Assembly (NCBI GenBank): GCA_963665115.1
Contig: OY762007.1
Coordinates: 3,360,001 to 3,424,000, forward strand
Direction of reading: 5' to 3'
From: an uncultured Rivularia sp.
GTDB taxonomy: Bacteria; Cyanobacteriota; Cyanobacteriia; Cyanobacteriales; Nostocaceae
DNA: 64,000 nucleotides
Below are positions 22,401-33,127 of the stretch, in pieces. The notes under the pieces are model-generated. The model was not told the origin of the DNA and made no database searches. It saw only the letters and a list, made by a program, of their open reading frames with translations. The position numbers and the translations under genes are program-made. Each line of letters opens with the position of its first letter. The first letter of the stretch is position 1.

Positions 22401-22592
22401 GTTGGTTTTATTCCCTTGATTGCCGATGGCGACCCTTTCTGGCTACCTTTGGCGATTGCGATCGCGGGTGGAATTGGTGGTTCTCCGCTACTGGCGCTTT
22501 ATTTTACCCCTGCTGCTTATTTATTAGTGAAAGGACGGAGGAAGAATACGAGGAAGCGGAAACAGCTTTTGCTTCCTCCGGCGGTTTCTTGA
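19413..22592 (+). CDS. RND efflux permease (AcrB/AcrD/AcrF family)
   Basis: LPRQEDP, FPGASAERVE, GLLIDNAIVV; two hydrophobic TM bundles; 1059 aa. Confidence 0.95.
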   Translation: MVLPFFRNVRLLILTFVLIIFWGLSAFQSLPRQEDPQLVARTAIVTTVFPGASAERVEALVTEVIESEMSEIEEIDTITSDSRVGLSTVSIELKQTISKAKPIWTRVRDKLADASPQFPPGVLEPDLNETETRAYAVIASLVWEGDEPNYAILRRFAEELDVQIRGVGGTEKVDTFGFPSEEVTVEINPSDLAAVGLNARQLSQQILQSDAKTSAGQLRSPNNTLAIEVEGELNSLERIRQIPISSTNNGQFTRLGDIARVTRGIREPVSELALIGSKPGVSLGVLMESGNRIDLWAKRIREQIEDFRQRLPNGVKLEVLFDQSSYVETRLDNLISNLLFSAFLVVAVTFVGMGWRSSIIVGAALPLTVFAVFGELQIFNIPIHQMSVSGLIIALGLLIDNAIVVVDEIQVELEHGLKPKDAVVKTVNYLTVPLLTSSLTTILTFLPIGLLPGEAGEFVGSIAWGVIMSLVSSLVISLTVIAALSGRFLAKTQVDEEDIRPKRKSAKSRLLTKLKNPDAWWNSGFSSPFLGRIYRKTLNWATAKPLIAIVLTMILPVMGFINVGSLPTQFFPSLARDQFQIEVEFPAQTSIAQSREDVLLARKLIQEHSEVEEVHWFVGESAPKFYYNFTGGIKNAAYYAQAMVQLNTNKGVPQLIRTLQDELDSAFPSARVLVKQLEQGPPFEAPVEMRIFGSDIQQLRILGSQVREILTQIPDVTHVRDDLTETLPKLGLEVDEEQARLVGLDNRAIAQQLESYLEGSVGGSILESTENLPVRVRIANSNRGDLSQIASLNLQPTQQGGTEPNLRPLSALGKFNLVPQLAKISRRNEQRVNTVQAFISAGVLPSVVLGELQERLETQEFESKLPPGYRYEFGGEQAESGEATGNLMSTVGLLGLIMVITLVLSLGSFRMAGIVFAVGVGSVGLALFALWVFGSVFGFMAIVGTMGLIGIAINGAIIILSAFNEDEAAKNGDVKAVREVVVKATRHVLTTTITTMVGFIPLIADGDPFWLPLAIAIAGGIGGSPLLALYFTPAAYLLVKGRRKNTRKRKQLLLPPAVS

Positions 22593-22972
22593 TCAAAAGT
22601 AAGTTAAAAGAAAGAAAGTCGTTTAGCAGCTATAAGCTTAACGTAAGAATCGCAATTATAGGGACTGTAACTGGATACCGCATCAAGTAGGCTGTAGCTA
22701 TATTAAGATTTGCGACACAAAAGTAAGAATGACCAACAAATATGCATTGCTTCTGCGATAAATATTTATCTATAAACCAGGAATTGTTGGAAATACAGGC
22801 AAGTTAAGTTTTGGGTATCTTCTATTAGTCTTAATGGTCTATAGCTTACAACAGTTTTACTTAAAGTATTTTATATTACATAAATCTACTAAAGAAGATT
22901 ATTATACTTTATTATTCTAAAAAGCAACGCTTGATACCCAAAATCAAGTTTTTTAGTCAACTAAATATCAGT

Positions 22973-24277
22973 ATGAGCAATACAAAATTTTGGCGAAATG
23001 CTTACCAGTTATTTAAACCAGAGGAACCTCTGGTAACGGCTGAAGACCTGAGAAATTTTTACGTACAAAGAGATAACAGTCCCTTGGATAAGCTGGTCAG
23101 TTTGCTAGAAATGGAGGATGATCCAGCAAAATTTTTATTGGCTGGTCATAGAGGTGGTGGAAAAACTACTGAGTTGCGACGGTTGCAACAAAAAGTAGCT
23201 GATTTTTACACTGTTATTTGGATTGATACGCAAAGTGCTTTAGACAGATACAATATTGGCTATGCGGAAGTGATAGTTTTAATTGGTTTAGAAATTGCAC
23301 GTCAAGCCATTCAATCTAATTGGTTATCTAATAGGAAAAATGAATTATTAAACGCTCTGCAAGATAGTCTTAAAGCTGTAGTTTATCAAGATAAAGATAG
23401 TGAAACTGATGGTTTGCAATTTCCAGAGTTTCTGACCAAGTTAGGATTAGTTCTTAAGCGTGGTTTAACTAGAGAGGTAACTAAAACTCTTAATGTTCGC
23501 CCTTTATTGAGCGAAATTATTGTTAGAGTTAATGATATTATCGAAGCTGCGGAAAAGGAAAGAGAGCAAAAATTAATGATAGTTGTTGATGGTTTGGATA
23601 GACATGACCAAGTAACTGCTTTGGAGATGTTTTCTAGTCCATTGTTAGTAGAATTAAACTCTCATATTATCTATTCAATTCCTATTTCTTTGCGATATTC
23701 TCCAAGTTTTCGTCAGCCAATGGAAAGTTTTCAAAAATGCTTAGATTTGAATAATCCTCCAGTGTTTGAATCTGACGACAATTTATGTCCGACTAATAAT
23801 CCCAATCAATATGGTCGAGAAATTTTAATTAAAGTAATAAATGCGCGTCTTGTTAAGTTGGGTGATAGTTATAAAGGTTTATTTAATCCCGATGCTTTGG
23901 AATTAATTTGTGAAAAAAGCGGTGGTGTGATGCGAGATTTAGTTAGGCTTGCACGTACTACCTGTGAAATTGGATTGCGAAATAAACTTTCGTTTATAGA
24001 TTTAAAAGCTGCACGAGAAGCAGTGCAAGAAGTACGTCGAGAGTATAATTTAAGTGACTACCACTATCCGGAACTTGATTCTATACACAAAAGTGGGAAG
24101 TTAACTACTAACACTCATAAATTACCTAACAAAGGTGAATTTATAATTGCTGACGAACTTTTACAGAATAAACTAGTTTTAGGTTATTACAACTCAAAAC
24201 AGGAGTCTTGGTTTGATATTAATCCTATTTTGATGGAAGATTTACAGCGTTGGCAAGCTACAACTAATATTTCATAA
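22973..24277 (+). CDS. P-loop ATPase (STAND/AAA-like), intact Walker motifs
   Basis: Walker A GHRGGGKT, Walker B IVVDGLD, SGGVMRDL; ATG at 22973 preferred over TTG 22931. Confidence 0.85.
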   Translation: MSNTKFWRNAYQLFKPEEPLVTAEDLRNFYVQRDNSPLDKLVSLLEMEDDPAKFLLAGHRGGGKTTELRRLQQKVADFYTVIWIDTQSALDRYNIGYAEVIVLIGLEIARQAIQSNWLSNRKNELLNALQDSLKAVVYQDKDSETDGLQFPEFLTKLGLVLKRGLTREVTKTLNVRPLLSEIIVRVNDIIEAAEKEREQKLMIVVDGLDRHDQVTALEMFSSPLLVELNSHIIYSIPISLRYSPSFRQPMESFQKCLDLNNPPVFESDDNLCPTNNPNQYGREILIKVINARLVKLGDSYKGLFNPDALELICEKSGGVMRDLVRLARTTCEIGLRNKLSFIDLKAAREAVQEVRREYNLSDYHYPELDSIHKSGKLTTNTHKLPNKGEFIIADELLQNKLVLGYYNSKQESWFDINPILMEDLQRWQATTNIS

Positions 24278-24330
24278 AAGTTTTTCATCCTCATTTTTAT
24301 CTATCAATATTAACTTTATCTGGTTGGTAT

Positions 24331-27300
24331 ATGCTTAATCAAGACACTAATTATTATTTAAGTGAAGTTGATAAGAAGGAATTAGATAAGTTAGTTGTTT
24401 TATTAGAACTTTCCAGTGGAACGACAATTATTTTTGGCATTACACCAGAAATTAGTCCCCAACATATAGTAGTCAAAAGTCTGAAGGAATCTTTAGAAAC
24501 AACTGAAGAAAGTTTTGAGTCTTATAACTTTTTTTATAGCGAAGATTCTTTTCATAATTTTCTTTATAGCTTGGATGATAATAAACAGCAGAATACCCAA
24601 GCTGAGCGCAAATTGGTGATGGCATTTGGAATTGACCAATTACCTACACCGCGCTTGGTTAAAGAAATGAAACAACTTAATTTAGGTAGAGAAGAGCTAT
24701 TTGGAAGAAATTTAGTATTAATTTTATGGCTCAATAAAGAACGGTTTTTAGATGAATTTCGTCAGCGTGCGCCAGATTTTTGGGATTGGCGAGAAAAGGT
24801 AGTAAAATTTGAAACACGCAATCCCTTACTTTATCCCTATTTAGAGTGGTTAATTGCTGAGAATTCTTATCTCAAAATGAGTGGCGTAATGCAGGTAAAT
24901 CGCCAAGTTGATATTTTTCTTGACCAAGTTTATGTATCCCTACAAGCACAATGGCGACAACATATTACCGAAACTTCTGAGGCTAATACAACAAAACCTA
25001 ATGCGGCGAGTGTATCGCAATCTCGAAGTGTTAAATTTGACGAGATGGATGTTGGTCAAGATGATTTGGATGAAGCCTACGATTACGAACCACTTCCTGA
25101 AGACTCAATAACTGTTTCTAGCACTGAAACCATTATCCGAAAAATCGCATTATCTCAGGCGGTACGAGAAAATCCTTATAGTGTGATTTTAGGCGCTCCA
25201 GGTGCAGGGAAGACTACTCTTCTACGTTATTTAGCGTTACATTTTGCAAGAACAAAAAGAGATAATAAGGAAACAGTAATTGTTGGCGAAGACAAGGAAG
25301 AATTAAGTAAAACTTTGTTACCAGTTTTCTTTCGGATTGCTGACTTTGCAGAGCAACTCGAACAACAGCCAAATTTAACTTTATTTGAATATCTACGTCA
25401 GTTTTACCGTCAGTGGGAAGCTCATTTTCAAACAGAAGAAGAAATGGGAACTCCGAAAGAGGTAGCAGAATTTCTTCTATTGAGGATGCGTCAAGGACAG
25501 TGCTTGATGTTGCTAGATGGTTTAGATGAGGTATTTGACCAAGAAAGTCGTAAACAAATTGTAAAACGTATTAATCAGTTTGTTGATAAGTTTCCTAACA
25601 ACAAATTTGTAATTACCAGTCGTATTGCTGGCTACCGCGATGTGCAATTAAGCGATAGGTTTGCAGAATTTACCATTGAAGACATGGATAGCGAACAGGT
25701 AGAACGATTCCTATCTCGCTGGTGTTATACAGTTGAAAAAGCGCAACAGCCAGATGCTAGTGAAGAGCAATGGCATAAGAGAGGAGATGAGCAAATACAA
25801 GACATTTTACAGTCAGTTGAAGACAATGAGGGCGTAAAGCGGTTAACAACAAACCCCCTACTGTTAACTATTTTGGCACTCATTCACCGAAATGGCGATC
25901 GCCTTCCCAATCGTCGAGTTAAACTCTATGAATTAGCAGTGCAAACTTTGACGGAAGATTGGCAACTTAGTAAGAAATTACCAGATGCACCAAAAGTAGT
26001 GTTAAAGGAAACAGAAGTAGTAGAACTTTTAGCACCTTTAGCATATTGGATGCATGAAGAAAAACCTTCTGGTGTAGTTAGTCAGCAAGAAGTTGAAGAA
26101 AATTTAGCACAAAAACTAGCGGAAACTGAATGATGATGAGCCAGAGTCAGAATCCGTGCTTCAAGCGGTAGGGGAGTTTTTGCGTAAAGTACGGGAAACC
26201 ACAGGTTTATTTGTGGAAAAAACACCAGGGTTTTACGGGTTTATGCATCTGACGTTTGAAGAATATTTTGCTGCTCGTTATATTGCGGATAACGACCTAA
26301 GTGATATTCTACAACTAATCCAGAACCATCTCCACGAACCGCGCTGGAATGAACCTATTTTATTAGCTTTAGGGTATTACGGAATTCATTTTCCTAGACA
26401 AGTTAAAAAATTAGTAGAAAGACTGTTCAAGAATTTAGAAGATTATCAACCGACTTTACAACATGGTGAGATACAAATTAAAAATTCTTCATCTGATGAT
26501 GCAATTATTTTTTACTTCAAAGCGGACGATGAATCAGAAAACAACTCCCAAGAAGTAGAATTCAAATTGAAGGATTTGTTGTTTGCTGGACAGGTAATTG
26601 CAGAAGTTGAAGTTAATAGTAATTTTCGGAAAAAGCTGATTCGTAAGTTAGTTATTACCTATCTTGGTATAGATACTGATGACTTTGGAGATGATACGAC
26701 TAAGCATTTATTAAGATTACTGCGTAAAATAGAACAGTTTTATAAAAAAAATGAAATCATAGATTTATTAAAAGAATTTGCTAATGAATCAACCCTGTCT
26801 GAAGAAATTCGTATTGTAGCAAAAACAGCCATTCTTTATATTGCTTGTAGTGATTCAGTAGAATTAGTTAATTTTGCGACAGAATTTGTTAATGAATTAG
26901 AGCCATTTTTATTTTTATATACTATTGGTTTTGTGCAAAATCTTGGTCAAGATATGACATCTGTTCTCGAAGCTAGTAGAAAGTATAACTTAGCTGAAGA
27001 ACGATGTCAAACAGCATTAACTTTTCTTACAGGAATATTTTACATTCGTAAAGATAAATATGATTTAGCTATATCTATTTTAGAAGATATTAATGAGCAA
27101 TATAATAGTAGTTTAGGAGCATTTATTGATTGGGCATTGGCATTTTGTTATCAAGAAAAAAAAGAATATGAAAAAGCTAATAAGTATTACAATAAGGCAA
27201 AAACATCTAATGACTTTATAAATAGCGCTTATTTCTGGCTTTCTTGGGGTAAATGTCAATCAGATTACAAAAAATATGAAGAATCATTAAACTATTATCA

Positions 27301-29752
27301 AAAAACATTATCTATAATAAAAAAATTAGGCGTTCCAAAATACGAAGCAAGTATTTTAAGCATTGTTGGTAGAGTATATCAATGTTGGGGTAAATACCAA
27401 CAAGCGATTAACTATCACCAACAAAGTAAAGATATTTATCAACAGTTAGATCGAGATAAAGATATTGCTAACCAGTGGACTTTGCTAGGTAACTGCTATC
27501 GTTCATGGGGTAAATACGACCAAGCTGTTGAATCTCAAAATAAAGATTTAGAAATTCATCAGCAATTGAATGACCAAGTTAATATTGCTAAAGCATACTA
27601 TCAACTAGGAATGATTTATCAAGACTGGGGTAAATATGAGCAAGCTGTTGATTACTATCAACAAAGCAAAGAACTTAATCAAAAATCAGGTCGTAATAAA
27701 TATGTTATTAACCACTGGTCTCGTCTGGGTGAATGCTATCATTCATGGGGTAAATATGAGCAAGCTGTTGAATGTAAAAATCAATGCTTAACAATTAGTC
27801 AACAGGTAGACGACCAAGCCGGTATTGCATTCGCATACTATGAATTAGGAACGATTTATCAAGATTGGAATAAATACGAACAAGCTGTTGAATATAAAAA
27901 TAAAGAATTAGAAATTTATCAGCGGTTGGATAACCAAGCCGATATTGCATTCGCATACTATCAAATAGGAGAGATTTATACTTATTGGGATAAATACGAA
28001 CAAGCTGTTGATTACTACCGACAAAGTAAAGATATTTATCAACAATTAGGTCTGAATAAAAAAGTTGCTGACCAGTGGAACAATCTTGCTGATTGCTATC
28101 ACTTATCAGGTCAATACGAAAAAGCTGTTGAATGTAAAAATCAATGCTTAAAAATTCGTCAGCAGTTAAATGACCAAATTAATATTGCTGACGCTTATCA
28201 TCAGCTAGGAAGGATTTATACTGATTGGAGTAAATACGAGCAAGCTGTTGATTACTACCAACAAAGTAAAGATATTTATCAACAATTAGGTCGAGATAAA
28301 AGTGTTGCTAGCCAGTGTAAAAATATAGCATACTGCTATCGGTTATGGGGTAAATACAAACAAGCTATTGAATATCAAAATCAATGCTTAGCAATTCGTC
28401 AACAATTGGATGAACAAGCAAATATTGCATTAGCATACGTTCACTTAGGATGGATTTATCAAGATTGGGGCAAATATGAACAAGCTACTAATTACTATCA
28501 AAAAAGTAAAGACATTTATCAACAATTAGAACGAAATAAAGATATTGCTAATCAATGGTATAATTTAGCTGATTGCTATCGCTTATGGAGTAAATACGAA
28601 CAAGCAATCGAATATCAAAGTAAATGCTTAAGAATTCGTCAGCAGATAAACGACCAAGCTGATATTGCATTAACTTACTATCAATTAGGAAGGATTTACA
28701 CTTACTGGGGTAAATACGAACAAGCTGTTAATTACTATCAACAAAGTAAAGAAATTTATAAACAGTTAGGTAGGGATAAAGATATTGTTAGACAGTGGAA
28801 TAGCTTAGCTTATTGCTATCGGTTATGGGATAAATACGAACAAGCTATTGAATATCAAAATCAAGCCTTAACAATTTGTCAGCAGTTGGATAAGCAAGCT
28901 GATATTGCACTCGCATATTTTGCATTAGGATGGATTTATCAAAGTTGGTGTAAATACCAACAAGCTATTGATTATTACCAACAAAGTAAAGATATTTATC
29001 AACAATTAGGTCGAGATAAAGATGTTGCTAGCCAAAGGTCTTTGCTAGGTAATTGCTATCGAAGTTCAAAAGACTATAAAAAAGCAATTGAGTGTTGTCA
29101 ACAAAGCCTTGCTTTGTACCAACAGTTAGGTCAGGATGAAAGCGTAGGTAGACAGTATCAAAAACTTGCTTACTCTCAAAGCCTATTAGCAAAACATACT
29201 TCAAATCAAATAGAAAGTTCTGAATTACTAACACAAGCAGAAGAAAACATAAATCAAGCCATAAAAATAAATACTACAGGCGAATATATAAAAAATCTTG
29301 CTTACGACTACATTGTTTTCAGTTTGCTCTGCTCAGAACGTTTACGCTGGATACCTAACGACTCATCAAAACAAGAAAAAATTCCCTTATTTGAAGAGTA
29401 TTACCATAAGGGTTTTACCCATTTTGATGAATTAGGACAAGCAATAAAAAAATCAGGACAAGCTCTTAATATTGCTCGTGCTTATTTAGAAGTGGAAGCT
29501 CTAGAAAATCTTGATAAAAGCGAAGAAATCGCCAAAGAATGTTTGCAAGTCTCTCAAGACTATAACCGCCGAAAATTAGAAGCCGCAGCACGCAAACTAT
29601 TAGGTGAAATTTACCAGAAACGCACTCAACAAAATCAGCCAGACGCAGAGTCAATTGCTACCCAGTTTTTATCAGAAAGTCTACAAATTTATCAAGATTT
29701 GGATTTACAAGAAAAAGCAGCCGAAGTAGAGCAGATTCTGTATCCTAACTAA
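24331..29752 (+). CDS. ~1806-aa NLR-like protein: degenerate ATPase-like domain, NACHT, TPR array; split by one extra A at 26123-26125
   Basis: RAPDFWDWR; GAPGAGKTT; LLDGLDEV; VITSR; NPLLL; FMHLTFEEYFAA in the second ORF; repair gives QKLAELNDDEPESESVLQ. Confidence 0.87.
27386..29185 (+). repeat. Intragenic 120-bp (40-aa TPR) tandem array, 14 conserved units + 1 degenerate
   Basis: W(G/S/D)KYEQA starts recur exactly every 120 bp from 27386. Confidence 0.93.
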
Positions 29753-29884
29753 ACGCTTAGAAGAGCCGGTGCTGTACAAGTCGGCTGCTCACTTGAGGTT
29801 AAGTTCGGATAAGCTAAAAGGTTTGGTTACTTGAAAAAAGCAATTTCTTAATTATCAACGGTAATTTTCAGTAAACTAAACTGC

Positions 29885-30790
29885 CTATTTCAAACAATAA
29901 TAACCCTGTTCAATTTCTTCCAATAATCCACGTCCAGTAGCATTCCATCCCAACAACTTACGAGCTTTAGTTGCCTTAACTCGGCTATTAGAGCCAAATG
30001 CAAAGTGAGCAAATTCGGGAGTCCATGTTTGAATCGCTTCGTCAATTGTTATGCTGCTAGTTAGTCCTTCCATACCTAACATTCGGCTAATCGCTTCCAC
30101 AACCGTTTTCATTGATGCTTCACCGTTCTCTACATAGAAGAAAGAGCCAGCAGGAGCATTTTCTATTGCTAATAGATATAGCTCTGCTACATCATCAATA
30201 TGAACGTGCGACCAAATATTTTCACCTTTGCCAATATAACTCGCTGTACCAGTTTTTTGAGCTAATTTAATCAGCCCAGGAACTTGAATGCTCTCCGCAT
30301 GAATTCCATGACCTTGACCATAAATTAAACTGTGACATAAAACTACAGAATGTACTTTTTGTTGAGCAGCACTTAAAACTTTTTTATCAATAGCAATACG
30401 TGCTACTTTTTCTATTTCTGGATGAAACGGCGTATCTTCGTTAAAGACTAATTCGCTTTTATTACCAGCCGCTTTATCTCCTACTAGGCTAGAACCGCTA
30501 GTTTGGATAAATAATTTATTAGTACCAGCTAGCACTGGCAAAATTGTTGTTACTATCCAAGGATTATCGGAATCCGCAGCATTAATTACAGCATCAGATT
30601 TTTGTGTTGTCTCAATTAGAAGTTTACTATCTGTAAGGCTACCAACAACAGGTTCGACACCCATTTTTTCAAGCTGCTGTGCCTTTTCTTTTGAACGTGT
30701 AAGCCCTAAAACTTGATGACCTGCATTAATTAATTTAACTGCAACAGAACCACCAATATACCCAGTCGCACCAGTTAGAAAAATCTTCAT
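29885..30790 (-). CDS. NAD-dependent epimerase/dehydratase (atypical SDR)
   Basis: KIFLTGATGYIGG, WSHVHIDDVA. Confidence 0.88.
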   Translation of the reverse strand: MKIFLTGATGYIGGSVAVKLINAGHQVLGLTRSKEKAQQLEKMGVEPVVGSLTDSKLLIETTQKSDAVINAADSDNPWIVTTILPVLAGTNKLFIQTSGSSLVGDKAAGNKSELVFNEDTPFHPEIEKVARIAIDKKVLSAAQQKVHSVVLCHSLIYGQGHGIHAESIQVPGLIKLAQKTGTASYIGKGENIWSHVHIDDVAELYLLAIENAPAGSFFYVENGEASMKTVVEAISRMLGMEGLTSSITIDEAIQTWTPEFAHFAFGSNSRVKATKARKLLGWNATGRGLLEEIEQGYYCLK

Positions 30791-30893
30791 GACTTTTTGT
30801 TGTAAATCTAATTTTTTACTATTAGTTAGTCTGACAAAAAGCCAATATTAGTACCAGAGTTTACCTATACTGGTATAGAGAGTAATACGTTAA

Positions 30894-31727
30894 ATGCAGT
30901 TAATGAACGAACAAGAGCGACTAAAAGAGCTAGCTGATTTTCTTCGCACCCGTAGAGCTAAACTATCACCCGCTCAAGTTGGTTTACCACCAGGATTGCG
31001 CCGTCGAGTTACTGGTTTGCGACGAGAGGAAGTAGCCGAACTAGCTGAAATCAGCGTTACTTGGTACACGTGGCTAGAACAAGCAAGGTCAGTTAAAGTA
31101 TCTCCCGAAACTCTTTTACGAATTACTCAAGCACTTCAATTAAATCGTCACGAACAAGAGCATTTATTTTTTTTAGCAGGACATTCTCCACCTCCTTCAC
31201 CTTTAGCTGAAAATCAGGTAACGGAATCAACCCGACAGGTGCTAGAAAGTTTGGAACCGAACCCTGCTTATCTTGTAGATTTACGTTGGAATTTAGTAGG
31301 TTGGAATCAAGCAGCTATAAAGGTTTTTGGAGATTTTACCGTATTTCCATCGTCAGAACGCAATCTTATGTGGTTGGCATTTACAAACTCAGCGATGAAG
31401 GAGCTTTTTGTAAACTGGGAAGAATTTGCACATTGTTTACTAGTTCACTTTCGAGCCGATTACGCCCAAAATACTAACGAGCAAAGTTGGACAGAATTAG
31501 CTGTAGCACTTCAAAAAATTAGTCCTGAGTTTCGCAAATGGTGGAAAAGTCATGACGTTGCTCGTCCCCATGAAGTACAAGAACTAAATCATCCTATTGT
31601 GGGAAAATTGGTGTTAGATTCTGTTACTTTTCAAGTTTATCCAGCAGCTAATCTGCGGCTGACTGCTTATACCCCGAAAACAAATATAGATACAGTAAAG
31701 TTACAAAAGCTTCATTCCCAAGCATGA
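30894..31727 (+). CDS. MmyB-family regulator (XRE HTH + ligand-binding domain)
   Basis: LADFLRTRRAKL, GLRREEVAELAEISVTWYTWLEQ, PAYLVDLRWNL, SPEFRKWW, HPIVG. Confidence 0.9.
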   Translation: MQLMNEQERLKELADFLRTRRAKLSPAQVGLPPGLRRRVTGLRREEVAELAEISVTWYTWLEQARSVKVSPETLLRITQALQLNRHEQEHLFFLAGHSPPPSPLAENQVTESTRQVLESLEPNPAYLVDLRWNLVGWNQAAIKVFGDFTVFPSSERNLMWLAFTNSAMKELFVNWEEFAHCLLVHFRADYAQNTNEQSWTELAVALQKISPEFRKWWKSHDVARPHEVQELNHPIVGKLVLDSVTFQVYPAANLRLTAYTPKTNIDTVKLQKLHSQA

Positions 31728-31730
31728 TAA

Positions 31731-32603
31731 TTATTCAAACTTCTCTCCTCGTGCTAAAAGTTCAATAAACTCGCTGCGAGTCAAATTATTTTGTTGAGCA
31801 ATTAAATCTAAATTTTCCCAAGCTGTATCGGTAAGTCGTAGCGATCGCACTTGTTTTGCTTCTTGATAATCCTGCTCAAACTTCCCGCTACTTGAACGCT
31901 TGCGTCGTGAAGCTTTTTCTCGAATTCCAGCATATTGATTCCCATCTGTTTTTTGCTCTGGAATAATCAATTTCACCAAGCAATCAATCAATCTTTCTCG
32001 CTCCATCGGCATAATTTCCCCAGACTGAAGCATATATTCAATCATGGTGTAGTGAACTAAAGCACCCAAAAATACTCTTGTCGTCGCTTCTGGATCGGAA
32101 ATTTGTAATTCGGGATGAGAACCCAAATACTCAGTCATGGTTTGAACAACATTTTTATCTATGCTGCGAACCATATGCTGCGCTAACATGGGAAACCTTC
32201 CAGATTCAGCAATCATTAAGCGGATTAAATCTAAGAATTCCGGCGCATTGCTAATATTTTCACCAAATTGATTTAATAAATTGTTTGCGAAATATTTTAA
32301 AACTTCCGCTGGCTCTCTTTTAAATATTTCCGGGCTTCGTTGACTTAAAGCACCACTATAAGTTGTAATTAACCGCTCAATTAAAGCGATAAATAATTTT
32401 TCTTTGTCTTGGAAATAGCTGTAAACAGTGGTTTTTGAAACTCCTGCGGCTGCGGTAACTTTGTCCATCGTGGTTGCAGCGAAGCCATGCGTTAGAAATT
32501 CCTGCATTGCACCTTGCAAAATAGCTTCAACTTTTTCTGATGATTGCGAAGCGTCTGTATTCCTGTTATCTACTTTTTTAATGATTTTTTTTCGAGCTTG
32601 CAT
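31731..32603 (-). CDS. TetR/AcrR regulator with an extra C-terminal ribbon-helix-helix-like domain
   Basis: GFAATTMDKVTAAAGVSKTTVYSYFQDKE; C-terminal VRSLRLTDTAWENLDLIAQQNNLTRSEFIELLARG. Confidence 0.85.
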   Translation of the reverse strand: MQARKKIIKKVDNRNTDASQSSEKVEAILQGAMQEFLTHGFAATTMDKVTAAAGVSKTTVYSYFQDKEKLFIALIERLITTYSGALSQRSPEIFKREPAEVLKYFANNLLNQFGENISNAPEFLDLIRLMIAESGRFPMLAQHMVRSIDKNVVQTMTEYLGSHPELQISDPEATTRVFLGALVHYTMIEYMLQSGEIMPMERERLIDCLVKLIIPEQKTDGNQYAGIREKASRRKRSSSGKFEQDYQEAKQVRSLRLTDTAWENLDLIAQQNNLTRSEFIELLARGEKFE

Positions 32604-32849
32604 ATTTAAGGTATTGAAAAAGAAAGTCTTGTTTGCAGTTGTCTTCTATTTACTCAGACAATTTCCATGTATTACATATCTATTTTAGCATTTTTCAGCT
32701 TTGGCTAGTAAATCAATAATCATAATATGAACCTAAAAATAGATTTATGCAACTTCTAAAAATCTTTCAAGCGTATATATATCAGTCTTAGATAGAACAA
32801 GTTTAACTCCTTATTAGCCGAACTTATCCCATATATGAAAATAAACACC

Positions 32850-32900
32850 TTGACAAAGAATACTAAACAGTTTAGTTTATATATAGCTGAACGATTTAGT
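32850..32900 (+). promoter_or_regulatory. Sigma70-type promoter overlapped by two TetR-type palindromes
   Basis: TTGACA (32850)-17 bp-TAGTTT; ACTAAAC-A-GTTTAGT (32862-32876) and GCTGAAC-G-ATTTAGT (32886-32900). Confidence 0.7.
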
Positions 32901-33127
32901 TCATTTTTTTTTAAGGGAAGTTATGCTAAGCAATAAGTTTTTAATATTACCTAAGTCTAGCCTATAAGGGTTATAGCAGTTGACCTTAGCGCCAGGATTG
33001 CGATCGGAATGTTAATATCTCCAGTCTTATCAACCATGTATTACAAAGGGGTATAAACAAGACTGTGAATTAAATAAAACCGTTATTTGAATGATAACTA
33101 GAAAATAAAATGCAAGGAGAAACAACC

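Noticed and set aside
27386..29185. CRISPR array or DGR template/variable repeat
   Set aside because: The repeats are in-frame 120-bp coding units without spacers. No cas or reverse transcriptase gene is in the window, and differences are not limited to adenines.
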